A DNA stretch of 37,638 nucleotides, taken from contig CAZUWN010000001.1 in the NCBI GenBank assembly GCA_964624105.1, positions 1 to 37,638 of the forward strand, read 5' to 3'. The position numbers and the translations under genes were made by a program. Position 1 is the stretch's first letter. Every line of letters begins with the position of its first letter. Below are positions 26,752-36,024 of the stretch, piece by piece. A model generated the notes under the pieces. The model worked only from the letters and a program-made list of their open reading frames with translations. It was not told the origin of the DNA and made no database searches. This DNA is from an uncultured Candidatus Planktophila sp. (GTDB taxonomy: Bacteria > Actinomycetota > Actinomycetes > Nanopelagicales > Nanopelagicaceae).

Positions 26752-28607
26752 AAGCTACAACCAGCAAGATTCTGGAGATCCAAGGCTTACGTGCTCTGGC
26801 GGCCACTCTAGTTCTGATATTTCATGCGAAATTTATTTCTGGTGGGTTTATCGGCGTAGATATTTTCTATGTTATTTCGGGCTTCTTGATTACTGGTCTG
26901 CTTCTCAAGGAATTAAATGCAACGGGTCGGATATCGCTTAAAGCTTTCTATCTACGTCGCAGTAAGCGTTTATTACCGGCTTCGTTCTTAGTCCTATTTG
27001 TTACAGCACTCTTCGCTTGGTTGGTATTGCCGCCAATCTCGCGTGGATCCATTGGTCGCGACTTAATTGCAACGACTCTATATATTTCAAATTATTTGTT
27101 TGCTTGGTGGGAGAACGATTATCAAAATCTTAATGCGACACCTTCACCATTTATTCACTATTGGTCGCTGGCTGTTGAAGAGCAGTTCTACATCTTTTGG
27201 CCATTATTTATAATCGGACTCGCTAAACTGAAAAGTGCTCGTAAATTCCTGATCGGATTTTCGCTCGTAACTGTCATTACTTTTGCACTCGGAGTTTGGC
27301 TAACAATTGTTACGCCGATCTGGGCTTTCTACTCATTACCGACTCGTGCCTGGGAGTTAAGCGTCGGCGCACTAATTGCACTGTTGCCCGCATTAAGAAG
27401 GCAGAGCCGATTACTAGCAATCCTAGGGGTAATTGCGTTAGGAGTTTCAGCCCTTTGGTTTAACGAGAGCACCGCTTTTCCAGGAACATACGCATTGTTA
27501 CCGGTACTAGGAACTGCCGCACTTCTATCGAGTATTGGTGCCTGGCCTAATCCGTTGAAGTGGCTAGCAACTAATCGTGTTTCGGTTTGGCTCGGAAAGA
27601 TTTCTTATCCGCTCTATCTGTGGCATTGGCCAGTTCTAGTTTTGCCTATCGCGCTATTCACGCGCGATCTGAATCTCTGGGAACGAATCACCGCCTTATT
27701 GGTCACGGTAGTTCTGGCTGACTTAACTACCAGGTTTGTTGAAGAACCATTGCGAGTGAAGAATTTTGCACCAAGACGGATAGTTATAAGCACGGTAGTA
27801 GCGATGGCTGCTGCTTTGTTAATTGGTTTTGGTATCGCAAAGACAACAACTTCTTCGATTTTGGTAGATGGAAAGCAAGTTACATTGGCGAGTATCGAAT
27901 CTCGCCCAACACCTTATGACGATGGTTGCCATCTAAATTATAATCAATCAGTTTCGCCACTTTGCGAGTTTGGAAAACTAGATAGCAATAGGACGGTAGT
28001 TCTTTATGGCGATTCACATGCAGCACAATGGTTTCCAGCGCTCCAGAAGTTGGCGGTTGAAAAGGGATTTAAGTTAATTACTTTAACTAAATCAGCTTGC
28101 CCCTCAATTGATGTGGTGCGCAAAAATGAAGGTGCATTTAAAATGAGTAACTGCACTGCCTGGCGCGAGAGTGCGATTGAGCGAATCGCAGCTGCGAAGC
28201 CAGATCTGATTGTTCTTGCTTCCTTTGAACATTTTGCTCCGCCAAGTGATCCTCGTAACGTGAAGCAATGGTGGGCTGAAGGTTCCGAAAGCACATATAA
28301 AACCCTGCAACCGCTTACTCCGAAAATTGTTTATTTATTGGATACTCCCCTACCAAATCGTGATATCCCAAGTTGTTTAGCATCTACCAGTGCTGATAAG
28401 TGCTTGGCGGGTTCAAGAATCGGATTACCTCAAGTCGCTAAGTTTGAAATTATTGATCCGGCAGAGTGGCTCTGTGAAGAGCAGTGCAAAGCTATTGTCC
28501 GTGGAAATGTGGCTTATCGCGATGCATCGCACATTAGCGTGGCTACTTCGCTCGAGTTATCAGATTCACTATGGCAGGCGTTAGTTCTTAAAGGTTTTAC
28601 GCTCTGA
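26748..28607 (+). CDS. Membrane O-acyltransferase, acyltransferase-3 + SGNH domain (OafA/YrhL-like)
   Basis: IQGLRALA...H, GVDIFYVISGFLIT, FYLRRSKRLLP, HYWSLAVEEQFY, GKISYPLYLWHWP; SGNH-like GDSHA and RDASH. Confidence 0.9.
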   Translation: MKATTSKILEIQGLRALAATLVLIFHAKFISGGFIGVDIFYVISGFLITGLLLKELNATGRISLKAFYLRRSKRLLPASFLVLFVTALFAWLVLPPISRGSIGRDLIATTLYISNYLFAWWENDYQNLNATPSPFIHYWSLAVEEQFYIFWPLFIIGLAKLKSARKFLIGFSLVTVITFALGVWLTIVTPIWAFYSLPTRAWELSVGALIALLPALRRQSRLLAILGVIALGVSALWFNESTAFPGTYALLPVLGTAALLSSIGAWPNPLKWLATNRVSVWLGKISYPLYLWHWPVLVLPIALFTRDLNLWERITALLVTVVLADLTTRFVEEPLRVKNFAPRRIVISTVVAMAAALLIGFGIAKTTTSSILVDGKQVTLASIESRPTPYDDGCHLNYNQSVSPLCEFGKLDSNRTVVLYGDSHAAQWFPALQKLAVEKGFKLITLTKSACPSIDVVRKNEGAFKMSNCTAWRESAIERIAAAKPDLIVLASFEHFAPPSDPRNVKQWWAEGSESTYKTLQPLTPKIVYLLDTPLPNRDIPSCLASTSADKCLAGSRIGLPQVAKFEIIDPAEWLCEEQCKAIVRGNVAYRDASHISVATSLELSDSLWQALVLKGFTL

Positions 28608-28625
28608 TGTGGCAGGATTACCGAC

Positions 28626-29270
28626 ATGGCTGAACTGACCTATTACTGCGGAACGATGGATAGCGGTAAATCCACTCTCGCATTACAGACAGCTCATAAC
28701 CATCAGAGCCGCGGCCGTACTGGTTTAATTTTCACTAACCAAGATCGCGCTGGCGTCGGAGTTATTTCATCACGCCTCGGACTGCAAAGTGCCGCGATCG
28801 AAGTTGGCCCCGAGCTAGATATCCATCGCTTTGTGGTTGATCAGTTATCAATTGGATCTCGAGTTGATTACATTATTTGCGACGAAGCCCAATTCTACGA
28901 ACCAATTCAGATTGATCAGTTGGCTCGCATAGTCGATGGTCTAGGAATCGATGTATATGCCTTTGGAATTCTGGCAGACTTTCGTACCAAACTTTTTCCT
29001 GGTTCAGCTCGATTAGTTGAGTTGGCGGACCGAGTAAATACTCTTCAAGTTGAAGCTCTTTGTTGGTGTGGCCAACGTGCTACACACAATGCGCGAACCA
29101 TTAATGGCATCATGGTTACCGAAGGCGAACAAGTAGTTGTTGGCGATACTAATAAGGCCGATGAAGTTGCTTATGAAGTTTTATGTCGTCGTCATCACAT
29201 GCGTCAGTTGACTGCCCGAGTTTCTAGAGCAGGACATACTTCAAGTGATCCACTACCCTTCAATTCATGA
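28626..29270 (+). CDS. tdk: Thymidine kinase
   Basis: GTMDSGKST, SSRLG, ICDEAQF, DFRTKLFPGS.RL.ELAD, Zn motifs LCWCG and YEVLCRRH. Confidence 0.93.
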   Translation: MAELTYYCGTMDSGKSTLALQTAHNHQSRGRTGLIFTNQDRAGVGVISSRLGLQSAAIEVGPELDIHRFVVDQLSIGSRVDYIICDEAQFYEPIQIDQLARIVDGLGIDVYAFGILADFRTKLFPGSARLVELADRVNTLQVEALCWCGQRATHNARTINGIMVTEGEQVVVGDTNKADEVAYEVLCRRHHMRQLTARVSRAGHTSSDPLPFNS

Positions 29271-30307
29271 ACGTACGTGGATTAGCAGCCTTAAGTAAGA
29301 ACGCCCCTTTAACTCCCTACTCCTTTACGCGTAGAGAGTTATTACCCAACGATGTTGCGATTGAAATTAAATACGCCGGCATCTGTCACTCTGACATTCA
29401 TCAAGTCAAAGAGGAATGGGGCGGCGCTCGCTTTCCAATGGTGCCGGGTCATGAGATCGCAGGCGTGGTTAGCGCGATTGGCAGTGCGGTAAGTAAATTC
29501 GCAGTCGGGGATTTAATTGGCGTAGGCGTATTTATTGACTCGTGTCGTGACTGCCCAAGCTGTAATAAAGGTCTTGAACAATATTGCGAAAATGGCATGA
29601 CGCCGACTTACAACGGTTTAGAACGCGACGGCGTTACCCCGACCATGGGTGGCTATAGCGACGGGTATGTAATCCATGAAAATTATGCGGTGAAGATTCC
29701 GGCCTCGTTAGATCTTGCAGCTGTCGCTCCGTTGTTATGCGCTGGCATCACTTTGTACTCACCGCTTAAGCATTGGAAAGCTGGGCCCGGCAAGAAAGTC
29801 GCGGTCATGGGTCTAGGCGGACTTGGGCACATGGGAGTGAAGTTCGCTCACGCATTAGGTGCTGAAGTAACAGTCTTGTCGCACTCCCCTAATAAAGAAG
29901 CTGATGCTCGTAATCTTGGCGCAGATCATTTTGTAGTGACTAGCGATCCAGCACAATTGAAGTCAGTTAGACGCAAGTTCGATTTAATTCTAAATACCGT
30001 CAGCGCTGAACACAATATAAATGATTACTTGTCGCTGCTAACCACCGATGGAACGCTAGTTGTGATTGGACTTCCTGGAGTCCCATTTGCAGTCAACGCT
30101 GACTCGCTTCTCTCAGGCCGACGTTCCATGGCTGGTTCAATGATCGGTGGCATTTCCGAAATTCAAGAGATGCTCGATTTTTGTGGTGAGAAGAATATTG
30201 TCAGCGAGATTGAGTTAATAAGCGCTGATTATGTGAATACTGCCTACGAACGAACCGTAAAGAGCGATGTGCGTTTTCGTTTCGTAATTGATATCGCAAC
30301 GCTTTAA
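29267..30307 (+). CDS. NADP-dependent zinc alcohol dehydrogenase (cinnamyl-ADH family)
   Basis: GICHSD, PGHEIAG, CRDCPSC..GLEQYC, PLLCAGITLYSPL, GLGGLGHMG, RFRFVID. Confidence 0.92.
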   Translation: MNVRGLAALSKNAPLTPYSFTRRELLPNDVAIEIKYAGICHSDIHQVKEEWGGARFPMVPGHEIAGVVSAIGSAVSKFAVGDLIGVGVFIDSCRDCPSCNKGLEQYCENGMTPTYNGLERDGVTPTMGGYSDGYVIHENYAVKIPASLDLAAVAPLLCAGITLYSPLKHWKAGPGKKVAVMGLGGLGHMGVKFAHALGAEVTVLSHSPNKEADARNLGADHFVVTSDPAQLKSVRRKFDLILNTVSAEHNINDYLSLLTTDGTLVVIGLPGVPFAVNADSLLSGRRSMAGSMIGGISEIQEMLDFCGEKNIVSEIELISADYVNTAYERTVKSDVRFRFVIDIATL

Positions 30308-31041
30308 ACGAATTGATGCACCACTAGTGCAAATATTGGCGCAATCGCCAAAGCCGGCAATAAATTAGCCACTGCAACTTCCTTTATCTTCAACAAACGC
30401 AACGCAATGCAAAGCAACATCAGACCACCAACAATGGTCATAGCGGCAATCTGGTAGCCACTTAAAATTGAACCTAAGCCCAGTCCAACTAAAGTCCAAG
30501 CGCCTTGATAAATACCCACCGGAATTGCAGAGGCCGCGACTCCCCAACCGAGTGAAGTGGCGAAAGCCAGGGCGGCAAAGAAGTCGAGCGTAGATTTTAA
30601 GATCAATTGATCAATGCCGGTGCCCATGCCATCACTTATGGAACCAAGGATTGCAAGTGGCCCGATTGCAAAGAGCAAGGATGCGCTAACAAAACCTTCA
30701 ATGAAGGGGCTTTCCTCAGAAGCTCGGAAACGCTTTCGCAGATTTTCACCCAAAACTTCGAGCTTCTCTTCGAGGTGCAATGCGCTACCAATCAAGGCTC
30801 CTATTAAGAGTGAACCCAAAACACAGAGCAGCGTCCAACCTTTAGGTAGTGCTGAAATGTATTCAGCGGACCAAAGCGGAATCAACGCACTAGCGGCAGC
30901 CAAAAGCGTGACTAGACCCAGAATGTCGGTGACTAAATCGCGCAGCTTTTCGCTAACTCGAGAACCAATTAGTACGCCAAAGGCTGCGCCGCCAATAATG
31001 GTTACTACGTTGATTAAAGTGCCAAGGCCCGGGAATTCCAT
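30304..31041 (-). CDS. DUF554 family membrane protein
   Basis: GTLINVVTIIGG, FIEGFVSASLLF.IGPLAILGSI.DG, LILKSTLD, IKEVAVANLLPAL. Confidence 0.85.
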   Translation of the reverse strand: MEFPGLGTLINVVTIIGGAAFGVLIGSRVSEKLRDLVTDILGLVTLLAAASALIPLWSAEYISALPKGWTLLCVLGSLLIGALIGSALHLEEKLEVLGENLRKRFRASEESPFIEGFVSASLLFAIGPLAILGSISDGMGTGIDQLILKSTLDFFAALAFATSLGWGVAASAIPVGIYQGAWTLVGLGLGSILSGYQIAAMTIVGGLMLLCIALRLLKIKEVAVANLLPALAIAPIFALVVHQFV

Positions 31042-31091
31042 TAGGGCGCAATGCTATCTCGCGACGTTGCGAAGTGGGCTATCCTCGGCAA

Positions 31092-31772
31092 ATGTCATTG
31101 ACCTCGCGATTTATGGAATTTTTGCGGCCTCACAAGACGATTCCAATCACACCTTGGCGAGCAGCAGGTCGCTGGGACTTATCGGTTTCGCGAGTAGCGA
31201 TTCTATTTTTCGGCCTCTTCATATTTGGAATTGGTGAATCGCTATTGATCCAATCCAACTTGGGTAACGCGCCCTGGTCAGTGTTGGCACAAGGGCTCGC
31301 AAAAACATTCGATTCGGAAATCGGTTTACTCACTTTTATTATTAGTGCCATCGTGCTACTTCTTTGGATTCCGCTTAAGGAAAAACCAGGGTTCGGAACT
31401 ATCGCAAACATTGTGATAATTGCAGCAGCTATCCAATTGGGAATCGATTTTATTCCGCCGGCAGAAAATACAATCTTTGGCCTGATTTACGTTTTTGCCG
31501 GCATTGCACTGGTGGGCGCTGGTTCAAGTCTTTACATAACTTGTGGCCTTGGGCCGGGACCGCGAGATGGTCTGATGACAGCTCTTCACCACAAAACTGG
31601 CATCAGAGTCGGTCGAGTGCGATTGGCTATCGAAGGAACGGTTTTGATCCTCGGAGCTCTGCTGGGCGGCACGCTAGGCGTGGGAACCGCCCTATTTGCC
31701 CTATTAATCGGGCAATCGATCGCAATTTTCTTAGGGATCGTGGCTCGGCTTACCTCAAATACTTCTCAGTAA
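31092..31772 (+). CDS. YczE/YyaS/YitT-family membrane protein
   Basis: SNLGNAPWSVLAQG, EKPGFGTIAN, LGPGPRDGLMT, GGTLGVGT. Leaderless ATG at 31092, 6 nt after TATCCT. Confidence 0.85.
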   Translation: MSLTSRFMEFLRPHKTIPITPWRAAGRWDLSVSRVAILFFGLFIFGIGESLLIQSNLGNAPWSVLAQGLAKTFDSEIGLLTFIISAIVLLLWIPLKEKPGFGTIANIVIIAAAIQLGIDFIPPAENTIFGLIYVFAGIALVGAGSSLYITCGLGPGPRDGLMTALHHKTGIRVGRVRLAIEGTVLILGALLGGTLGVGTALFALLIGQSIAIFLGIVARLTSNTSQ

Positions 31773-31800
31773 GCCCTAGGTTTACTCATAAGTTCCCTAC

Positions 31801-31848
31801 GTTAGCTGAACGTTCTTTCGGCTCGGAGTCGCAAACACCTCCGTTAAC
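31801..31848 (+). other. Structured 5' leader of NCS2 permease (candidate cis-regulatory RNA)
   Basis: Hairpin AGCTGAA/TTCGGCT (31804-31823) is directly followed by hairpin CGGAG/CTCCG (31824-31843), flanked by GTT...AAC. TAGGTT -10 at 31777-31782. Confidence 0.3.
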
Positions 31849-31869
31849 AAAATCAGAAAGGCACCTCTC

Positions 31870-33324
31870 TTGACTAAATTCCTAGATAGTTATTTCAAGA
31901 TCTCGCAGCGGGGATCTTCAATTTCTACTGAAATCCGCGGCGGTCTCGTCACCTTCTTCACGATGGCTTACATCGTGGCACTTAACCCAATCATTCTGGC
32001 TTATTCACCGGACGCAAATGGTCAGTTCCTATTCGGTGGCGCAGCACCTGCACCAGCAATGGTTGCTGCAACTACAGCTTTGATAGCTGGCTTGCTAACA
32101 ATTCTGATGGGCTCAGTTGCTAATTATCCATTAGCACTTGCAACCGGTCTTGGCCTAAATACTTTCGTTGCTGTCGGAATCGCCTCCCAAATGACTTGGG
32201 CTGCGGCAATGGGCCTAGTTGTTCTTGAAGGTCTAATCATCTTGGTGCTAGTTCTTACTGGCTTCCGTGTTGCGGTATTTAAGGCAGTTCCACCGCAGAT
32301 CAAGATCGCGATCTCAGTTGGTATCGGTCTATTCATCGCTCTAATCGGTTTAGTTGATGCTGGCTTTGTTCGTAAAACACAGAGCGGTCCAGTCCCAGTT
32401 GGTCTAGGTGTAAATGGAAACCTAGTTGGTTGGCCAACTGTAGTTTTCGTATTCGGACTTATTCTGATGATCGGTCTCATGGTTCGTAAAGTAAAGGGCG
32501 CAATTCTAATCGGCATCGTTGGTGCCACGGTTGCAGCTGTTGTTATCCAGAAGATGTACAAGATCGCTCCTGGTTTCACAGCTGGCAATCCGCCAACAAT
32601 CGTTGATGGTGGTTGGGGTTTAAATATTCCTAACGTTCCAACTGAATTTGTGGCGACACCTAAGTTCGACTTCACTGGACAATTCGATCTATTCGGAGCT
32701 TTCCAGCTTGATAACGTGACTTTGATTGCAGCAATTTTGCTGCTCTTCACATTGCTACTTTCAGATTTCTTCGACACTGTCGGAACTGTTACTGCAATTG
32801 GTCACGAAGCTGGTCTTGCCGATAAAGATGGCAATGTAGATAACATTCAAAAGATCCTTCTAGTTGACTCTGTAGCAGCTGCTGCAGGCGGCGCCGCAGG
32901 TATCTCTTCGAATACGAGTTACATTGAATCAGCCTCAGGTGTTGGTGAAGGTGCACGTACTGGTCTAGCTTCAATCGTTACCGGTGTCTGCTTCTTGCTT
33001 ACTACTTTCTTAGCGCCATTAGTTGCAATTATTCCTTACGAGGCTGCAACTCCGGCTCTGATCATTGTTGGTTTCCTGATGATGACTCAGATTAAGAATA
33101 TTGACTGGGATGATCTAGGAATCGCACTTCCTGCATTCCTAACAATCATCTTGATGCCATTTACTTACAATATTTCAGTGGGTATTGGCGCTGGATTCAT
33201 CACTCACGTCTTGATCCGAGTATTCCAAGGCCGCGGCAAAGAGATTCATCCTTTGTTGTACTTGGTATCTGGTCTATTCATGATCTATTTCTTATCATCT
33301 CCAATTAATAACTGGACTGCATAA
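31870..33324 (+). CDS. NCS2-family (AzgA/PbuG-like) nucleobase permease
   Basis: TEIRGGLVTFFTMAYI..NP.IL, P.ALATGLGLN, DFFDTVGT, SYIESASGVGEGARTGL, PAFLTIILMPFTYNI; AGAAAGG RBS and TTG start. Confidence 0.92.
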   Translation: MTKFLDSYFKISQRGSSISTEIRGGLVTFFTMAYIVALNPIILAYSPDANGQFLFGGAAPAPAMVAATTALIAGLLTILMGSVANYPLALATGLGLNTFVAVGIASQMTWAAAMGLVVLEGLIILVLVLTGFRVAVFKAVPPQIKIAISVGIGLFIALIGLVDAGFVRKTQSGPVPVGLGVNGNLVGWPTVVFVFGLILMIGLMVRKVKGAILIGIVGATVAAVVIQKMYKIAPGFTAGNPPTIVDGGWGLNIPNVPTEFVATPKFDFTGQFDLFGAFQLDNVTLIAAILLLFTLLLSDFFDTVGTVTAIGHEAGLADKDGNVDNIQKILLVDSVAAAAGGAAGISSNTSYIESASGVGEGARTGLASIVTGVCFLLTTFLAPLVAIIPYEAATPALIIVGFLMMTQIKNIDWDDLGIALPAFLTIILMPFTYNISVGIGAGFITHVLIRVFQGRGKEIHPLLYLVSGLFMIYFLSSPINNWTA

Positions 33325-33342
33325 GTTCAGTAACACCTTAAT

Positions 33343-33380
33343 AGGAGCGGGCCACGAGAAATCGTGGCCCGTTTCCTTTT
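33343..33380 (+). terminator. Rho-independent terminator after NCS2 permease
   Basis: AGGAGCGGGCCACGA-GAAA-TCGTGGCCCGTTTCCT followed by TTT; lies between convergent genes. Confidence 0.85.
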
Positions 33381-34020
33381 ACGGCAAACGCCAATTTATT
33401 GGAACTTGCCCTGAAGAAATCAACATTTGATTACATTTAGTAAAGGGCTTACTGCCAAAGAACCCTCGATATGCCGAAAGCGGGCTGGGGTGAACAGATT
33501 CGAATTTGTGAGTATCTGGAAACTCCGAGCCCATCTTCTGCGCGTGACTTCCCCAAAGAATTGCCACAGCTCCATGACTAGCCAGAACATCTAGAGCAGC
33601 CGTAGTAATTCGTTGCCAACCAATCTTTAAATGCTCTGTTTTATCAGCAAGATTTAGAGTTAATGAACTATTCATTAGCGCAACCCCATTGTCAGCCCAG
33701 TTCGATAAGTCTCCATTTGCTGGAAAGCTAAACCCAGTATCCGAGACATATTCAGTGAAAATATTTTTTAGTGATGGCGGAAGTTTGGTCACTTGCGGAC
33801 TAACGCTAAATGCTAGACCTGTGGCATACCCAGGCGTTGGATATGGATCTTGACCCACAATCACTGCGCGATAATGGTTAATCGGATAAGTAAAGACACG
33901 CAGCACACTTTCATAAGCGGGTGCGATTCGCTGTGCGGTAATTACTTCCTGAATCTTGGCTAGTTCTGAATTGTGCTCAGCGAATAATGGCTGCCAACTC
34001 TTATCGATTTGCGCGAGCAA
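33379..34020 (-). CDS. ung: Uracil-DNA glycosylase (family 1)
   Basis: IVGQDPYP, GLAFSV, PPSLKNIF, ILWG..AQ, HPSPLSAYRGFFGSKPF. Confidence 0.94.
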   Translation of the reverse strand: MLAQIDKSWQPLFAEHNSELAKIQEVITAQRIAPAYESVLRVFTYPINHYRAVIVGQDPYPTPGYATGLAFSVSPQVTKLPPSLKNIFTEYVSDTGFSFPANGDLSNWADNGVALMNSSLTLNLADKTEHLKIGWQRITTAALDVLASHGAVAILWGSHAQKMGSEFPDTHKFESVHPSPLSAYRGFFGSKPFTKCNQMLISSGQVPINWRLP

Positions 34021-34792
34021 AGAACCGAGCGCCTTCTTTGGTAACAGTAAGCGGATAATTAAAGACGTCAGATACGTTGGGCGTGGTCAAGACTTCATCG
34101 ATCTCACCAGAAAAAGCGATTTGGCCGTTTTTGATAAGCAGCGCATGCGTGGTGCCGACCGGGATTTCCTCAAGATGGTGAGTAACGATAATTGAAGCAG
34201 GTGAAGATGGGTCACTGGCGAAAGTTGCGAATCTAGCTAAGAGATCTTCGCGGCCGGGCAGATCTAATCCAGAAGTTGGTTCATCCAACAAAATTAATTC
34301 AGGATCGACCATCAAAGCTCGCGCAATGGTTACTCGTTTGCGTTCACCTTCACTTAAAGTTCCGTATGCGCGATCACCCAGCGGACGCACGCCAAAAGTT
34401 GTCAGAAGTGCAATAGCTCGAGACTCATCCCAAAGGTCGTAACTTTCATTCCAACGACCGCTAATTGCATAGGCCGCCGTGAGAACAACATCTCGCACGA
34501 GTTCATCATCTGGAATACCAGTTGTGCTGTTCGCCGAAACTAAACCAATTCGAGTTCGCAATTCAAAGAGATCAACTTTGCCCATTGCTTTATCGAGGAT
34601 TTGCGCAGATCCCGAAGATGGAAAAATGCGAGTTGCGATCAATTGCAAGAGGGTTGATTTACCGGCGCCATTAGGGCCCAAAATTACCCATCGCTGCCCA
34701 GTTCGTAAGGTCAGCGAAAGTGGCCCCAAGATAGTTGAGGCCCCACGACGAACAGTGACTTCATCGAGAGTTAGAACGGTATCGCTTGCCAT
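34001..34792 (-). CDS. ABC transporter ATP-binding protein (ModF-like, stand-alone)
   Basis: Walker A GPNGAGKST, signature LSEGERKR, Walker B ILLDEP, H-loop VTHHLEEIP. The true start is likely 34792; the ORF-track extension overlaps serB. Confidence 0.9.
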   Translation of the reverse strand: MASDTVLTLDEVTVRRGASTILGPLSLTLRTGQRWVILGPNGAGKSTLLQLIATRIFPSSGSAQILDKAMGKVDLFELRTRIGLVSANSTTGIPDDELVRDVVLTAAYAISGRWNESYDLWDESRAIALLTTFGVRPLGDRAYGTLSEGERKRVTIARALMVDPELILLDEPTSGLDLPGREDLLARFATFASDPSSPASIIVTHHLEEIPVGTTHALLIKNGQIAFSGEIDEVLTTPNVSDVFNYPLTVTKEGARFFARANR

Positions 34793-34832
34793 AGAGCGAA
34801 AAGATAGCGTGAATTCAAGGTAATCTGCGCAT

Positions 34833-36023
34833 ATGAGCAGCGATGCGCAACACACTGGCCTAATCCTTCTAACCGGCACCGATGCCCCTGGCATCACGCA
34901 AGCGTTATTTGCCACCCTGGAGCCTTTTGCAATCACCGTGTTGGATATCGAACAGGTTGTCATCAGCGATCGCTTGATTCTCACAGTTTTGATTGGCCTT
35001 AGCCCGGCACATAGCAGCGCGATCGAAGCCGATTTAGAGGAATGCGCAAGCAAATTGGGTGTCGATATCGCTACGCTATTTTCAGATTCTGCAACCAGTT
35101 CGATTCAGGCCAAGCAAGGTCTTCTACATGTTGTTGCGTTATCGCAAAAGTTGCAACCAAGTGCCATTGCCCAGATAGCGACTGCAATTTCTGCCCAAGG
35201 TGGAAATATTGAACGCATTTTTCGCACTGCGTCGTACCCAGTTACAGCTGTTGAGTTTCAGGTATCTGCAGCAAGCGTTGATCAATTGCGCACATCTTTA
35301 GCGCTGGTAGCGCGCGAAGTTGGAATTGATATTGCGGTCTCCCCTGGCGGTCTGGCCAGATTAGCTAAGAAGTTAGTCGTGATGGATGTTGATTCAACTT
35401 TGATTCAACAGGAGGTCATCGAATTACTTGCCGCCAAAGTTGGTGCTGAAAAGGAAGTCATCGAGATAACAAATGCAGCGATGGCTGGTGAGTTAGATTT
35501 TGAGGCATCTTTGCGCGCTCGGGTTGCCCTATTGGCGGGCGCATCTGAAGAAATTTTGGCCGAAGTGCGTAGCGAAATTAAGTTAACTCCTGGCGCTCGA
35601 ACACTGGTTAAGACGCTTCAGAAGTTAGGTCACGAAGTAGCAGTTGTTTCAGGTGGTTTTACTACCGTGATCGAACCGATTCTGGCTGAGTTAGGAATTA
35701 CTAATTACCGTGCCAATAACCTTGAGATTGTTGGTGGAAAGTTAACTGGCCAAGTTTTGGCACCGATTATTGATCGAGCGGCCAAAGCCCAAGCGCTACG
35801 TGATTTTGCAGCTAAGACTGGCGTAACCCTTGAACAAACAATTGCCATCGGTGATGGTGCCAACGACTTAGACATGATTGCAGCTGCCGGTCTTGGAATT
35901 GCATTTAATGCAAAACCTGCAGTGCGGGCAGCAGCCGATAGTTCCCTAACTGCGCCTTATCTGGATTCAGTTCTTTACTTGCTTGGTATTACGCGCGAAG
36001 ATGTGGAAGCGGCAAATATTTAA
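34833..36023 (+). CDS. serB: Phosphoserine phosphatase with ACT domains
   Basis: Two N-terminal ACT-like domains; VMDVDSTLIQQEVI, VVSGGF, AIGDGANDLDM, AFNAKP. Confidence 0.94.
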   Translation: MSSDAQHTGLILLTGTDAPGITQALFATLEPFAITVLDIEQVVISDRLILTVLIGLSPAHSSAIEADLEECASKLGVDIATLFSDSATSSIQAKQGLLHVVALSQKLQPSAIAQIATAISAQGGNIERIFRTASYPVTAVEFQVSAASVDQLRTSLALVAREVGIDIAVSPGGLARLAKKLVVMDVDSTLIQQEVIELLAAKVGAEKEVIEITNAAMAGELDFEASLRARVALLAGASEEILAEVRSEIKLTPGARTLVKTLQKLGHEVAVVSGGFTTVIEPILAELGITNYRANNLEIVGGKLTGQVLAPIIDRAAKAQALRDFAAKTGVTLEQTIAIGDGANDLDMIAAAGLGIAFNAKPAVRAAADSSLTAPYLDSVLYLLGITREDVEAANI

Positions 36024-36024
36024 G

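Noticed and set aside
26093-28607. tRNA-Leu as integration site of a mobile element
   Set aside because: I saw no integrase and no duplicated tRNA 3' end; housekeeping apt follows after 41 nt.
30614-31237. 207-aa plus-strand ORF
   Set aside because: It is antisense to DUF554 and overlaps YczE out of frame, with no recognisable domain.
32124-32777. 217-aa antisense ORF within the NCS2 permease
   Set aside because: It is a shadow frame of a hydrophobic gene, rich in Pro/Thr/Ile/Lys, with no motifs or start signals.
34793-35053. N-terminal extension of the ABC ATPase in the ORF track
   Set aside because: It overlaps serB on the opposite strand; family-like sequence begins at the ATG at 34792.
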